A DNA stretch of 64,000 nucleotides from Carcharhinus longimanus (Eukaryota). Under the pieces are notes generated by a model. It searched no databases. It was not told the origin of the DNA and worked only from the letters and a program-made list of their open reading frames with translations. The stretch's first letter is position 1. Every line of letters begins with the position of its first letter. The stretch is taken from the NCBI GenBank assembly GCA_030264375.1, contig JASCQW010000001.1:112833132-112897131 (forward strand). The letters are read 5' to 3'. A program made the translations under genes and the position numbers. Below, piece by piece: positions 1 to 11,545 of the stretch.

Positions 1-695
1 TCCTGCCTCAGCCATTTGCAGGCTATCAGGGCTGCCATCCCTTTAAATGAAGGCCTCCAACCCTCAGGACCTGAGGGTCAATTGGAAAGCTGGCTGCTTA
101 GTCATCTCAAAAAGGCCACGGGGAGCATGACCACAGCTGAGACAGTGCCTGGAAGTGGTATTGGGGGCTTGGAAATAACAGTTTTCCAGGCAAACCTGTA
201 AACACTTTGAAAGCGGTGACAAACCAGTTTAAATATAATTAAAAACTGAAAATAGTTTAATGCTAAAATGGGACAAAAATGTTACCATAGAAGCACATTG
301 CTCTCCCAACCAGCAAGGCAAGTGCCAGCAGGATATGGTCAGTGGAAGGAGGGAGGGAGAGAGGGAGCTGCTGTATAAGTGGGCACTGCTGCCACAGATT
401 GCCTGAAGACAAGGTCATCCACACGTCAAACCCTCCAGACCACCGAGATTCACCTGGCTATCTCCTCATAGGATGCAAGGTCATGGCTACTGGTAAAATG
501 TTAGCAGCGCTGGGGCAAGGTCTAACTAGCCATCTAAGTGACTCAATTGGTCTCTGGGCAGTAAGGTTAATTTCCACCTTCCCTATCACTGTAAAATGAT
601 ATAGCAGAGAGATGATCACTGAAGCTCCAATCCCCCGCCTAACCTTGCCATTTTACTGGCCCCACTGTCTCCACAGGGTTGATGAGGTCCAGCCC
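1..695. mobile_element. Degenerate non-autonomous TIR (PIF/Harbinger-like) element fragment
   Basis: GC-richer block ending in GGTCCAGCCC (~686-695), which resembles the GGGC(T/G)GAATTTT-type termini seen in other copies in this window; the left end lies outside the window. Confidence 0.35.
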
Positions 696-939
696 AATTA
701 ATTACTTTCAGGTACAGTGTCTAATATCATAGGTATAACTGCAGAACTTATTTCAAATGCAACAGAACCCAGCAACATCAATGAGGATGAACAATTAGTT
801 CATCCATTTTCAATACTTTGACTGATGGTAATTAAAATCTATCTGAATTACTGCAATAGGCAGACATGTCTATAAGTTTAACATCTTAAGGACAACAGCT
901 CTGATGATGCAGCACTTCCCCAGTTGTCAGTTTGTTTTG

Positions 940-2410
940 TGCATCTTGGTAGCTTGGATCTCAAACATTCTTATTTTCACAACATGAAAATATACATGGC
1001 CAATATTGCAAGTGACATGCACAGCCCCTACTTCATGCTCTACTCTCAGGTGCTGCTGCCAATAAATGTGTTGCACAAGTGATTTACTTCTTTGAAATGA
1101 GCACTTATTCACTGAACAATGCCACAAGAACAAAATGTGAACAGAAAGACAGATTCATATCAGCATAGGGATAATTATTAATCATGATTTTAGGTGAAAT
1201 AGGCTGTTCAATTGAAGCTGGCATGTTCAAAAGAGTTTAAATTCCTACGGTAACTTGATTTATTATTGTCACAAGTATGACCATAGTGAAAAGTATTGTT
1301 TCTTGCACACTATACAGACAAAGCATACTGTTCATAGAGAAGGAAAGAAGAAAGTGCAGAATGTAGTGTTACAGTCATAGCTAGGGTGTAGAGAANNNNN
1401 NNNNNNNNNNNNNNNNNNNNNNNNNNNNNNNNNNNNNNNNNNNNNNNNNNNNNNNNNNNNNNNNNNNNNNNNNNNNNNNNNNNNNNNNNNNNNNNNNNNN
1501 NNNNNNNNNNNNNNNNNNNNNNNNNNNNNNNNNNNNNNNNNNNNNNNNNNNNNNNNNNNNNNNNNNNNNNNNNNNNNNNNNNNNNNNNNNNNNNNNNNNN
1601 NNNNNNNNNNNNNNNNNNNNNNNNNCTAGGCTTTGTTCACAACCCTTTGTAGGTTCTAGCAGTCTTGGGCAAAGCAGGAGCCATACCAAGCTGCAATAGA
1701 ACCAGAAAGAATATTTTCTATGGTGCATCTGTAAAAGTTGGTGAGAGTCGTAGCAGACACGCTAAATTTTCTTAGTCTTCTGAAAAAGTAGAGGCATTGG
1801 TGGGCTTTCTCAACTTTATTGTCGGCATGAGGGGACCAGGGCAGGTTGTTGGTGATCTGAACACCTAAAAACCTGAAGTTCTTGGCCTTTTCTACTTCAT
1901 CTCCATTGACATAGACAAGGGCATGTCCTCACTATGCTTCCTGAAGTCGATGACTATTTTCTCATTTTGTTGACATTGCAGGAGAGATTATGGTTGTCAC
2001 ACTAGTTCACCAGATTCTCTATCCCATTCCTGTACTCCATCTGGTCATTGTTCGAGATCTGACTCACTATAGTGGCATCATCAGCAAACATAAAAATCAA
2101 GTTGATGGGGAATTTGGCCACATAGTCATAGGTGTGTAAGGAGTATAGAAAAGGGATGAGGACACAGCTTTGAGTGCGCAATGCTCTATCTGCAGTTCCA
2201 TTTTGTGTAATTCCTCCAGAAGTTTCATGATAAAATAAAATATTGCCCTGAAAATATTGAGGGAATCCAGGACTGAAGAGATTTGCATATTAAATTTATA
2301 TTCATCTGCATCATCTGTAAAACCACCCACACATAGACTTCTGTACACAATGTCCTCTACTCTAAGCTTTTGAAATGGATTTAGGTTTTATAATGCAAAT
2401 GAAACTCTTT
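940..2410. repeat. Copy 1 of a diverged ~550-bp local duplication, interrupted by a Rex1 LINE at 1254-2171
   Basis: 940-1253 plus 2172-2410 align colinearly with 2990-3025 plus 3309-3765 (shared GAACAAAATGTGAACAG, TGTGTAATTCCTCCAGA, GAATCCAGGACTGAAGAGATT, CATCTGTAAAACCAC). Confidence 0.85.
1254..2171 (-). mobile_element. Rex1/Babar-clade LINE, 5'-truncated, decayed RT C-terminus and 3' end
   Basis: Minus strand reads ~QSCVLIPFLYSLHTYDYVAKFPINLIFMFADDATIVSQISNNDQMEYR (RT PQG..FADD region) and KIVIDFRKH; 3' tail TTGATTTATTATTGTCAC; gap 1396-1625. Confidence 0.85.
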
Positions 2411-2989
2411 AATGATACAATGCAATATTAAAAGAGACATAACCCTTCAACAATATGTACATTTGTTGCAAATCGTAACACATCTACACTTCCAAAACAG
2501 TGTTAAATCAAGATGACTAGTTTCTTCTGAACTTAATATTACTGTGCTAACTTGGCAACTCGATGTTTTCGTGGTCATAGCTGAGATATTGCCAAATAAC
2601 ATTATTGTTCTAATAGGAGGGGTTTTGTGGTGTAGAAAGATTCAATAATGAAATGTAACGTGTAAATTATTGGAGGAATGGGGATTGCTATTCTCAATTC
2701 ACAAGTCATGCTAAACAGAAGTACATTTTAGATTTATTTTTATCTATCAGTGATAGTGGAGTTAACTTGCATAGTGGACATCAAACATATCCAATTGTAG
2801 GGCTCTTATCCTTGCAAATTTTAGTGGTAGTCTATCAGAATAGGTGATTTGTATCCAGAGCACTGCTGCTAGCAACTTGGGAAAAATAGTCCCACAGCAT
2901 GCACAACTCATGGCTGTTGGGGTTTGCAACCAAACTGCACTGTCTGCTTGCTGGTCCCCTAAATGCAGCACCAGCTGTGAATATCATGC

Positions 2990-3765
2990 TCAATCTTGAT
3001 AGCTTAAATCTCCAACATTGTTATTTAAGAACATGAAACATAAGAAATAGGAGCAGGAGTAGGCCGTCTAGCCCTTTGAGCCTGCCCCGCCATTCAATAA
3101 GATCATGGCTGATNNNNNNNNNNNNNNNNNNNNNNNNNNNNNNNNNNNNNNNNNNNNNNNNNNNNNNNNNNNNNNNNNNNNNNNNNNNNNNNNNNNNNNN
3201 NNNNNNNNNNNNNATCCTTCTAAACTCCAACGAGTACAGACCCAGTCTATTTAGTCTCTCTTCATAGTCCAACCCCCTCATCTCCGGTATTAGCCTAGTG
3301 AACCTACCGCATGTGAGATGTGCAGTGCCTACTTCATACTCTTGGTGCTAGTAAACGTGTTGTACGAGTGATTCACTCCCTAAAAATGAACATTTGTGTG
3401 CTGAACTGTGGCACATGAACAAAATGTGAACAGGAAGACAGATTCGTATCAGCATAGAAATAATCACCAATCATGATCTTAGATGAAAAATGCTGTTCAG
3501 TTGAAGATAACATTGAAAAGAGTTTAAATTGTTGCTGTAATAGTGCACAGTGCTCTATCTACAGTTCCACTTTGTGTAATTCCTCCAGATGTTTTGAGAT
3601 AAATAAAAGATTACCCCATAAATATTGAGTGAATCCAGGACTGAAGAGATTCATATCCTAAATTTAAACTCATCTGTGTCATCTGTAAAACCACACACTG
3701 ACTTCTGTACACTCTGCTGAAAGCTCATGACATGTTTTTAGGTTTGTTAATGCATCTGAAACTCT
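2990..3765. repeat. Copy 2 of the ~550-bp local duplication, interrupted by a CR1 LINE at 3026-3308
   Basis: ATCTTGATAGCTTAAATCTCCAACATTGTTATTT matches ATCTTGGTAGCTTGGATCTCAAACATTCTTATTT at ~942; homology resumes after the CR1. Confidence 0.85.
3026..3308 (-). mobile_element. CR1 LINE 3' end (young family)
   Basis: RGLDYEERLNRLGLYSLEFRR is a typical CR1 ORF2 C-terminus; 3' UTR ATCAGCCATGATCTTATTGAATGGCGGGGCAGGC..CTACTCCTGCTCCTATTTCTTATGTT. Confidence 0.9.
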
Positions 3766-3829
3766 AAAAGAATGCACTGGGACTAAAGTGTTCATCTGAA
3801 AACTTCATGAGTCCAGAGCAAATGATGGT

Positions 3830-4565
3830 GATTTGATTTGATGTGATTTATTACTGTCACATGTATTCGCATACAGTGAAAGGCATTGTTTGTTGTGCGC
3901 TATACAAAGCATATCGTTCACAAAGAGAGGAACAAGAGAGTGCAGAATTAGTGTTTCAGTCATAGCTAGGGTGTAGAGAACAATCAACTTAATGCAAGGC
4001 AGGTCTATTCAAATGTCTGACAGCAGCAGGGAAGAAGCTGTTCATGTTGGTTGGTACATGACTTCAGACTTTTGTATCTTTTTTCTGGTGGAAAAAGCTG
4101 AACGAGAGAATTTTGTCCAGTGTGTGGGATCCTTAATTATGCTGGTTGATTTGCCGAGGCAGTGAGAAGTGTAGACGGAGTCAATAGATGGGAGGCTGGT
4201 TTGCATGATGGATTGGGCTACATTCATGAGCTTTTGTAGTTTCTTGCGGTTTTGGGCAGTGCAGGAGTCATACCAAGCTGTGATATAATCAGAAAGAATG
4301 CTTTCTACAGTGCATCTGTAAAAGCTGTTGAAAGGTGTAGCTGACATGGTAAATTTCCTTAGTCTTCTGAGAAAGTAAAAGCATTGGTGGGCTTTCTTAA
4401 CTGTAGTGCCAACATGAAGGGACCGGGACAGGCTGTTGGTAATCTGGACATCTAAAAACTTGAAGCTCTCGAGCATTTCTACTTCGTCCCCATTGATGTA
4501 GACAAGGGCAAGTTCTCCTCTATGCTTCCTGAAGTTGATGACAATCTTTCGTGTTGTTGACATTG
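3830..4565 (-). mobile_element. Rex1/Babar-clade LINE, RT C-terminal region and 3' end
   Basis: ORF 4042-4749 contains KIVINFRKH, FKFLDVQIT, VKKAHQCFYFLRRLRKF, FYRCTVESIL, SIIKDPTH; (TGATT)n tail at ~3830-3850. Confidence 0.9.
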
Positions 4566-5119
4566 AGTGGGAAGTGAGAGTGAAACACAAATTAGGAAAC
4601 GCAGAGGAGTGCAACACAAATTGTAGGAAGGGAGAGTTCATTTGATCTGTGATGTACCATGTTGTGTAATGTGTTTTGTTCTGGAGGTATGGCAGCTCTA
4701 GTGTTTCTCTTTGAGGTCTGAGTCTCATCTTTCTTGAGCTGAGATTCACTGGTGGGGTTTGGGAGTCAGTGTTTTTGGGTTTTGTTTTGATTTTATTTAT
4801 AGTTTTACTAACATGTTCTATATTGTAAAAAATCAGGGGGTTGTATTTTACAGGACACCTGTGGATGGAAAAAGATGCAGGTGGGCCTGTAAATTAGAGT
4901 GCAATATATCTGCCAGTGTCCACCTGTTTGTACTCTCACCTCCTCCAGAATTTTACAGGTGGCAGGGGAGTCAACAGGTGATACATCCATTTGGCTCAAC
5001 TGAGGTCCTATGTGAGGAATTAATACCCAATTATAGGCCTCATGCTGCTGCCACTCTGATTAAGAACTATGCTGGAAAGAGCAGTACAAGTCCAAAAAGG
5101 TTAATATCTATGTTTTATA

Positions 5120-5830
5120 GATGACCCCAAGGCACAAGACAGAGTGAAGATGTTTGAAATGCTCCAGAACTGGGACATGGAAGAGAAAGATTTGAGACTG
5201 GTTCAAAACTTATTTTGGGACCAACAGCAGCAGTGAAAACATACTGTAAATTGATAGCTATAAAAAAAAAGTGTGACAGGTTGCATTCCGTTGCCAGATC
5301 TTTTCAATCTTTACAATGAAATGATTCTGAGACATCTATCAGAGTTACCAGAACTTTCGGTATGTGGATAGAATATAAACAATTAGAGGTATGTGGCTGA
5401 CACAGTAATATGGCAGATACAGAGAAAAACCACAAAGATACCTAGTCACAATTGTAACAAACAGTAATAGATACAGATTATTAAACTGCAAACAAGCGTG
5501 CGCAGTAATATCAAAGTACAGAATTAAATCTAGATACAAAATAACAGTGGAATCAGAAGTAATAAAATGAGTCAAATCATTTTCTTATCTGGGTAGCCTC
5601 ACAACATCTGATGAGCAAGTGATCAAGAAATCAGGAAATACAAACTCCCATAAAAATGTCAAACCACTTTAGAAATAAGAACATCTCTATGGAAAGCAGC
5701 ATGTGATTACTAAAATGCTACATCTGGTCAACGTCACTACAGAATGTGAAAGTTGAATTACAAGCAAGACAGTGGAAGTTAAAGTAAAATCATTAGAAAT
5801 ATGGACTCAATATTAGAATTTGGGAAAATT
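5120..5830 (+). mobile_element. Old RTE-clade LINE RT fragment
   Basis: Decayed RY(V)ADTVI (YADD-like) near 5387 and ITVESEVIK*VKSFSYLGSLTTSD near 5540-5612, typical of RTE/BovB-like RT. Confidence 0.6.
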
Positions 5831-6332
5831 TTGGCACTGTAATCTAGCTGTCATTTTCACAATTTTTGTTTAATAATGGTTAAGAGGTTTCAGGTGCTTG
5901 CATTTTCAGATATTAATGCTTCAATAGTCTGGATGACTGAAATTTTTAGTGTCCTGCAATAATGGACTTTTGTGAACATCATGGGAAATTATGACAGAAT
6001 GACTATTTTTTAAAGCTTTCTTTTACATATCCTATTGTCACTATAGGGTCCATTGGTTCTTTATAGTGTATAGTGGATTAATGGGTATGGAATTGCAACA
6101 GTTTGGCATGGGAACATAAGGAACATAGGGGGGAACGAAAGGACCATTTGAACTGAACCTGCCTGAACCCTTGAAAGGTGCTGGTGAAAATCACAAAACC
6201 TAGGAACATGTCTGGAATCCCAGAATTGGGATGTGCCTGCCATTTTTAAAAGAGCTCTCAAGTCATTTGACTTGGTGAACATCTAGGCCTGTCTATTAAT
6301 GTGATTTTGTAAGTATGACTATGTCAGGCTGC

Positions 6333-6472
6333 TGTTCTGAAGAATGGTATCTTGGACTCAAAATGTTAATTTTATTTCTCTATGTGTTATATATATTGGC
6401 AACCTGTTGAGTTTTCCTCGCATTTTCTGTTTTTATTTCAGATTTCCAGTATCTGCAGTATTTTGTCTTTTA
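6333..6472 (+). mobile_element. Penelope-like element terminus with degenerate hammerhead-like core
   Basis: CTGAAGA...GGACTCAAAATGTTAA followed by CATTTTCTGTTTTTATTTCAGATTTCCAGTATCTGCAGTATTTTG; homologous to the reverse complement of 29665-29795. Confidence 0.7.
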
Positions 6473-6614
6473 TCAGGCTGTTGGTTGACCAATCTGTGAG
6501 ACAGCTCTCAAAATTTTGGTACAAGCCTCAAGATGTTAGTGAATTTTCTTTTCATGGTCAACATGGCTGGGTGGGCCATTGTCGTTTTTGGTGCCTAGGA
6601 TGATCATCCAACTT

Positions 6615-6935
6615 TATTCTTTATTGACTATTCTGTAATGGTTAAAAACAGTTGAGAGATTTGTTAGTTCAGTTCTGAGTCAACTACATTGTTGGTGTAG
6701 AGTCACATATAGAACGACAGCAGATTTCCTTCCCTAAAGAGAGAAAATTAGTGAATCAGATGGATCTTTCTGATAATTGATAATGGTTTCATGATCAGCA
6801 TTACTGAGACTAGCTTTTAATTCCCAGTTTATTAATTGAATTTAAATTCCACCAGCTGCCCTGGTAGCATTTGCACCATGTCCCAGAGCATTAGCTTAGG
6901 CTCTGGATCGGGACATTACCACAATGCCACTATGT
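6615..6935 (-). mobile_element. CR1/L2-group LINE 3' end
   Basis: Shares ATTACTGAGACTAG..TTGAATTTAAATTCCACCAGCTG..CCCAGAG.ATTAGC..CTCTGGAT..GACATTACCAC with 25700-26005. Confidence 0.65.
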
Positions 6936-8449
6936 ATACATTAGTGCAGTGATAATAGTGCAAGTTTATTAATTCACCTTAACCCAATGGATTTAATATA
7001 ATTTCCTTTTTTTATTGAACAATGTAAAACTAAACATGGTAAATTGTTGCTCCAATGCATGGTACAAGTCAATATTGGCTAGTAGGATTTGTGTCCAAAT
7101 TTTACATTTCTGATCTCAACTCCGTCCTTATCAGCAGATGCCAAATGGAGATCAGACACTTCACTCCAAACAAGGTTGCTAAGCAATTTTAAAAAAGAAC
7201 TTCCGCACAGATCCTTATTTCTAGCTTCAGAATGACATTGGAAAAACTTAAATCACTATCACCTGGCTACCATTCATCTGTGCACAGAAGACCAAGGAAA
7301 TCAGAGAAACAAGCAGTGAGGAAAACTATGTAATGTTAAACTATTAAATGCGATGATTTGCAAAATGACATAAAGCTCCTTATTGCATGTACTCTAAATG
7401 CTTCTTTAAAATAATAAATATGACTCCATCAAATGGTGCAGATCTTTAGATGTATTGGTTAACTGAGAAAAAATATTTATTTGCATGAGTTGGAATGAGT
7501 TTTGGCTCCGACAATGATTTCCAAAATTCATCTTTTGGTCATGGTACTCAATCTATTTCCTGTTCATTTGAATTCTTGTGACTGACAACACAGTATTCAG
7601 AAACTGGTTGCTTTCCAATGCGTAAAGTGCCATTAGCAGCATAGATATTGAATGGCAATCCCCATTTTCAAAAGTGTCTTGCTACCTCTCTTTGCTCTGG
7701 GCGTAGCAACTGATTTATATACAGGTTCATTGAAACTTTATAGGTTTTTGCAGATATGTTTGAAATCTCTCTCTGATATGCAAGTACAGTTAATTGCCCA
7801 AGGAACTGGCAATAGAATGATTATGTTTTAACTGGGGTCGTTAAGACCATTGCAAACAGTGAAACCTTCACCCATATTGTTTAATATGTTGCGAGTTTCA
7901 AAATAACTTCAGACCATGATATCAAAGACCATTCTGTCATGTGCCTTGCATTTTCTTTTTAAATAAAAGAACAAAATAGCTATAACATGTTTTGAAAAAT
8001 TCCAAATGTGAATTGTGGAACTGTAAACTAAGCATCTAACTAGCTTTCACAACTCTATCAGGGAGATGAAAACAATCTACCTTATTGTTAAGCTTCAAGT
8101 CAGCCTGCTTCACTGTCCAATTTCTTCATCACAGGTGAAATTTGTAATGTTCTCTAAAATGGAATAATTTAATCTGTACCAAGTAGCTTGGAAAAGAACA
8201 TTCACTATTTGGACTTACATGCCATGCGCTCATTAGTGCATTTATGGAAATTTACCATGTCTGAAGATCTTAAATAACAGTATCCACTATTTGGAATTCT
8301 CTTCATACACTAGGCCTCCAAACAGTAACATACAAATTGAGACCAGTGAAAATGTATACTTTGTACTTTGCATTTATCCCAAATCAATTAGCATGTAATG
8401 TCCCATGCTTCCCTTTAGGTGCCCTATAAATCTATCATTCCTAATATAT

Positions 8450-8678
8450 AATGTGGAGATGCCGGCATTGGACTGAGGTGGGCACAGTAAGAAGTCTCAC
8501 AACACCAGGTTAAAGTCCAACAAGTTTATTTGGAATCACAAGATTTCAGAGCACTGCTCTTTCATCAGACAAGGTCCTTCATTCACCTGATGAAGGAGCA
8601 GCACTCCAAAAGCTTGTGATTCCAAATAAACCTGTTGGACTTTAACCTAGTGTTCTGAGACTTCCTACTATTCCCAAC
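8450..8678. mobile_element. Fold-back of two inverted Penelope-like termini, each with a hammerhead-ribozyme-like core
   Basis: Arms ~8486-8568 and 8587-8669 are near-perfect reverse complements; CTGATGA-stem-(G/A)AAA core on both strands. Confidence 0.85.
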
Positions 8679-9524
8679 ACAGGTCAGCACAGTTCACATT
8701 TTACTGATGTTATAGATTCATTTCATTTCAATTCAAAAAGTTGAACTTTGAGATCATATTTGTTTGTTTTGGATATGCAGTATTCTAATCACCAAGGAAG
8801 GTTCACTGCAAATGATCCAGATACCTCATTATTTCAGTAAGAGGGGATTGGGCACAGTAACCTAACATTACAATCATTGAAATATTTGTATATCAAAAAT
8901 GTGCTGACAAAAAGACATTTACATTGCAGTAAAAACATCTAAAATGGTGAGCACATATCCTGACATTGTCAGCTGCTCTGTTTTTTGATGTGGTTCATTT
9001 AATTCAAATTAAAGAAACACAACTTCCATGAAAAGCTGTTTGGCAAATATTTTTCTTCATTTGAGGGAGAGGAGCTGAATGGGGATATTTTAATCTTCAC
9101 CGCTTGGATGGTAATAAATCAACAGAATTGAAAATCAAATGATGTACCATCTATTTAGTGCCCAAGATCTGGCAGTGCCAAGGGGTAGGATGGGGGGTGG
9201 GGGGGCAGTTGTGATTGTTCTGGGCAGGCGGGAGAGTGGTCGCAAACAGCCACTGAACTTTGCAACAGTGTGGGGTGGGGGTGGGGGTGCTGGGCCATGG
9301 AGGCCAGCTATATCTAGCAGAGGCAGTGACAGGTCTCTGCTGCTCTCAGCACAGGGACCTACACATGCATAATTGTGTCTTCTGCTGCTATCAGCCAGCT
9401 GCAGGCTATTTAGGCCCCACCCACTCTCCTACTGGCAGAAATCAAACTGAGGGATGTTTTTAATTGCATCAATTGCATAAGATTCAATTGGTGGCCTTGC
9501 CAAAAACTGATCTGAAACTCAACT

Positions 9525-9645
9525 GGTATGTGATCTCAGACTTTTGTACCTTTTTCCCGATGGAACAAGGTGGAAGAGAGGATGTCCTTTACATGCTGGC
9601 TGCTTTTCTGAGGCAGCGGGAAGTATAGACAGAGTCAATGGATAG
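9525..9645 (-). mobile_element. Rex1/Babar LINE fragment
   Basis: CTCAGACTTTTGTACCTTTTTCCCGATGGAA..GAGGCAGCGGGAAGTATAGACAGAGTCAATGGAT matches 4060-4190. Confidence 0.75.
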
Positions 9646-9894
9646 GATTAATTAGGCAGCTTTACAATGNNNNNNNNNNNNNNNNNNNNNNNNNNNNNNN
9701 NNNNNNNNNNNNNNNNNNNNNNNNNNNNNNNNNNNNNNNNNNNNNNNNNNNNNNNNNNNNNNNNNNNNNNNNNNNNNNNNNNNNNNNNNNNNNNNNNNNN
9801 NNNNNNNNNNNNNNNNNNNNNNNNNNNNNNNNNNNNNNNNNNNNNNNNNNNNNNNNNNNNNNNNNNNNNNNNNNNNNNNNNNNNNNNNNNNNNN

Positions 9895-10220
9895 CAGATA
9901 GGATGTTTCCTTTTGAGAGAGAATCTAGAATTATAGGGTCACTGTTTAAAAATAAGGGGTTTAATAAATGGGCAAGCTGAATATTTTTTCTTTCAGAGGT
10001 TTGAGTGTCTTTGGAAGTCTCTTCCTTAAAAGGCGGTGAAAGCAGAATCTTTGGATATTTTTAAAACAGAGATAGATAAATTCTTGGTAGGGGGGCAATA
10101 GGCTATCAGAGATAGGTTGGATGCAAATTTATGGTTACTATCAGATCAGCTCTGATCTTATTAAATGGTGGAGCAGGCTCAAATGGCCTACTCCTGCTCC
10201 TTGTTCGTAAGTTTGTATGA
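9895..10220 (+). mobile_element. CR1 LINE 3' end
   Basis: GATGTTTCC..TCTAGAA..GGTCACTGTTTAAAAATAAGGGG..AGATCAGC..GATCTTATTAAATGGTGGAGCAGGCTC..GGCCTACTCCTGCTCC. Confidence 0.85.
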
Positions 10221-10733
10221 CTATACTCAAGCCATTGAACTCAATACTAAATACTACAGTTTTTTGCACTAGTTAAATCTCTTAAAACATGGCCCAAAGT
10301 TTTTACAACAGCCACCAAATATTAACATTACACAAAGTTGTTACCTGGAACAACACAGCTGTCAGGACAGCTCTAAATCTGAAAGTATCTGTTATTTCCA
10401 ATAACTGGAATAACTGACATTGCAGAAATGTCCTAGTTAATTTGGGAATAGAGGTTAAAGATAGGCATTTCGCTTATACTGTGGTATGTGCATTTTTATC
10501 ATTCTACAGGTCTTAAAACAGCTGTCAGGTTAACTGAGTTGGCCGCCCCACCACATTTTAACACAAATCCCATACTTAGATCAAGGTCTCTCCCAGTTTG
10601 TCAGTGAGCCTGAAAACATATTTCAGTTTTAAAGCTGTGCTAAGATTAGTTCTGATCAACAAGACCTAGCATTCATTAGGTGCTGAGGCTTGGTCTTTGT
10701 CACCAATTGTCATCATCAACTATGGATTTCAAG

Positions 10734-11545
10734 AGGGCAATTCTCTCACATCGCTGCACTCTTAGTAGGTCGCATTGGTCCCACAGAATAGCGTCTGGAC
10801 CTATAAATCGGTTTCTCACCCAGCACCAAACAGTTCATGATTCTTCCGGCCCATTTCTAATGGCACAAACCAGTTTATGTTGAGGCCGATTAACATATTT
10901 AGAGTAGCATTTAAATATGCATAGCTGCTTCAAATTCCAGCGCATGGAATTCACTGGCCATCAACACGGGGCAATAACAGCAAGAAACATTACTAGTCTC
11001 CACAAACAGAGACCTGGCATGATGGTCATGCTGGGGAGCTAGGGGGCCACTGAAGCCCCCAGGTGATCAGGAGCATGGCCAGGCACTGCCCACCTAGCAT
11101 GCTGGTGGTTCCCAATTGGCATACCGTCAGCAGCTACCAGGCAGCCCTGCAGTGGCAGTTAAACACCACCAGTGCCAGTTGGGCACTGCCAGTGCTCCAG
11201 TCAGGCACCAATATGGTGGGGCAGTGCCAAGGGGCTGGGGCTGAGTGGGAGCCCATGAAGGATGGTTTACGGGGGAATTCATCCAGAGGGCCCCCATGTC
11301 GGTGGGGACGGGTGAGGGAACGTGCCACCTTGGTGGTAGGGGAGGGGTGGGCAGTGTCTGGGGTGAAGTAAAGGGTCTGAGAGATCAGGCCGTCCTTGGG
11401 CAATGGCGCTTGAGCACCTTGAAGCCAGGCCCACCTGCATGCTTAGGTCCACCCCCTCTTATACTGGCGCGCCTGAGAGACTGGCAGATCACCCCATTAT
11501 TCTCATCATATGACACTGAGAAATTTTTTGGGAGAAATCTGCCCC
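10734..11545. mobile_element. Non-autonomous TIR element (PIF/Harbinger-like) with 3-bp TSD
   Basis: Left AGGGCAATTCTCTC, right GGGAGAAATCTGCCCC (imperfect TIR), flanked on both sides by AAG (10731-10733, 11546-11548); GC-rich non-coding interior with GGCA/TGCC repeats. Confidence 0.7.

Noticed and set aside
4042-4749. Longest ORF (235 aa) as a host gene
   Set aside because: Its C-terminal three quarters are Rex1/Babar RT sequence; the N-terminus is read-through of flanking DNA
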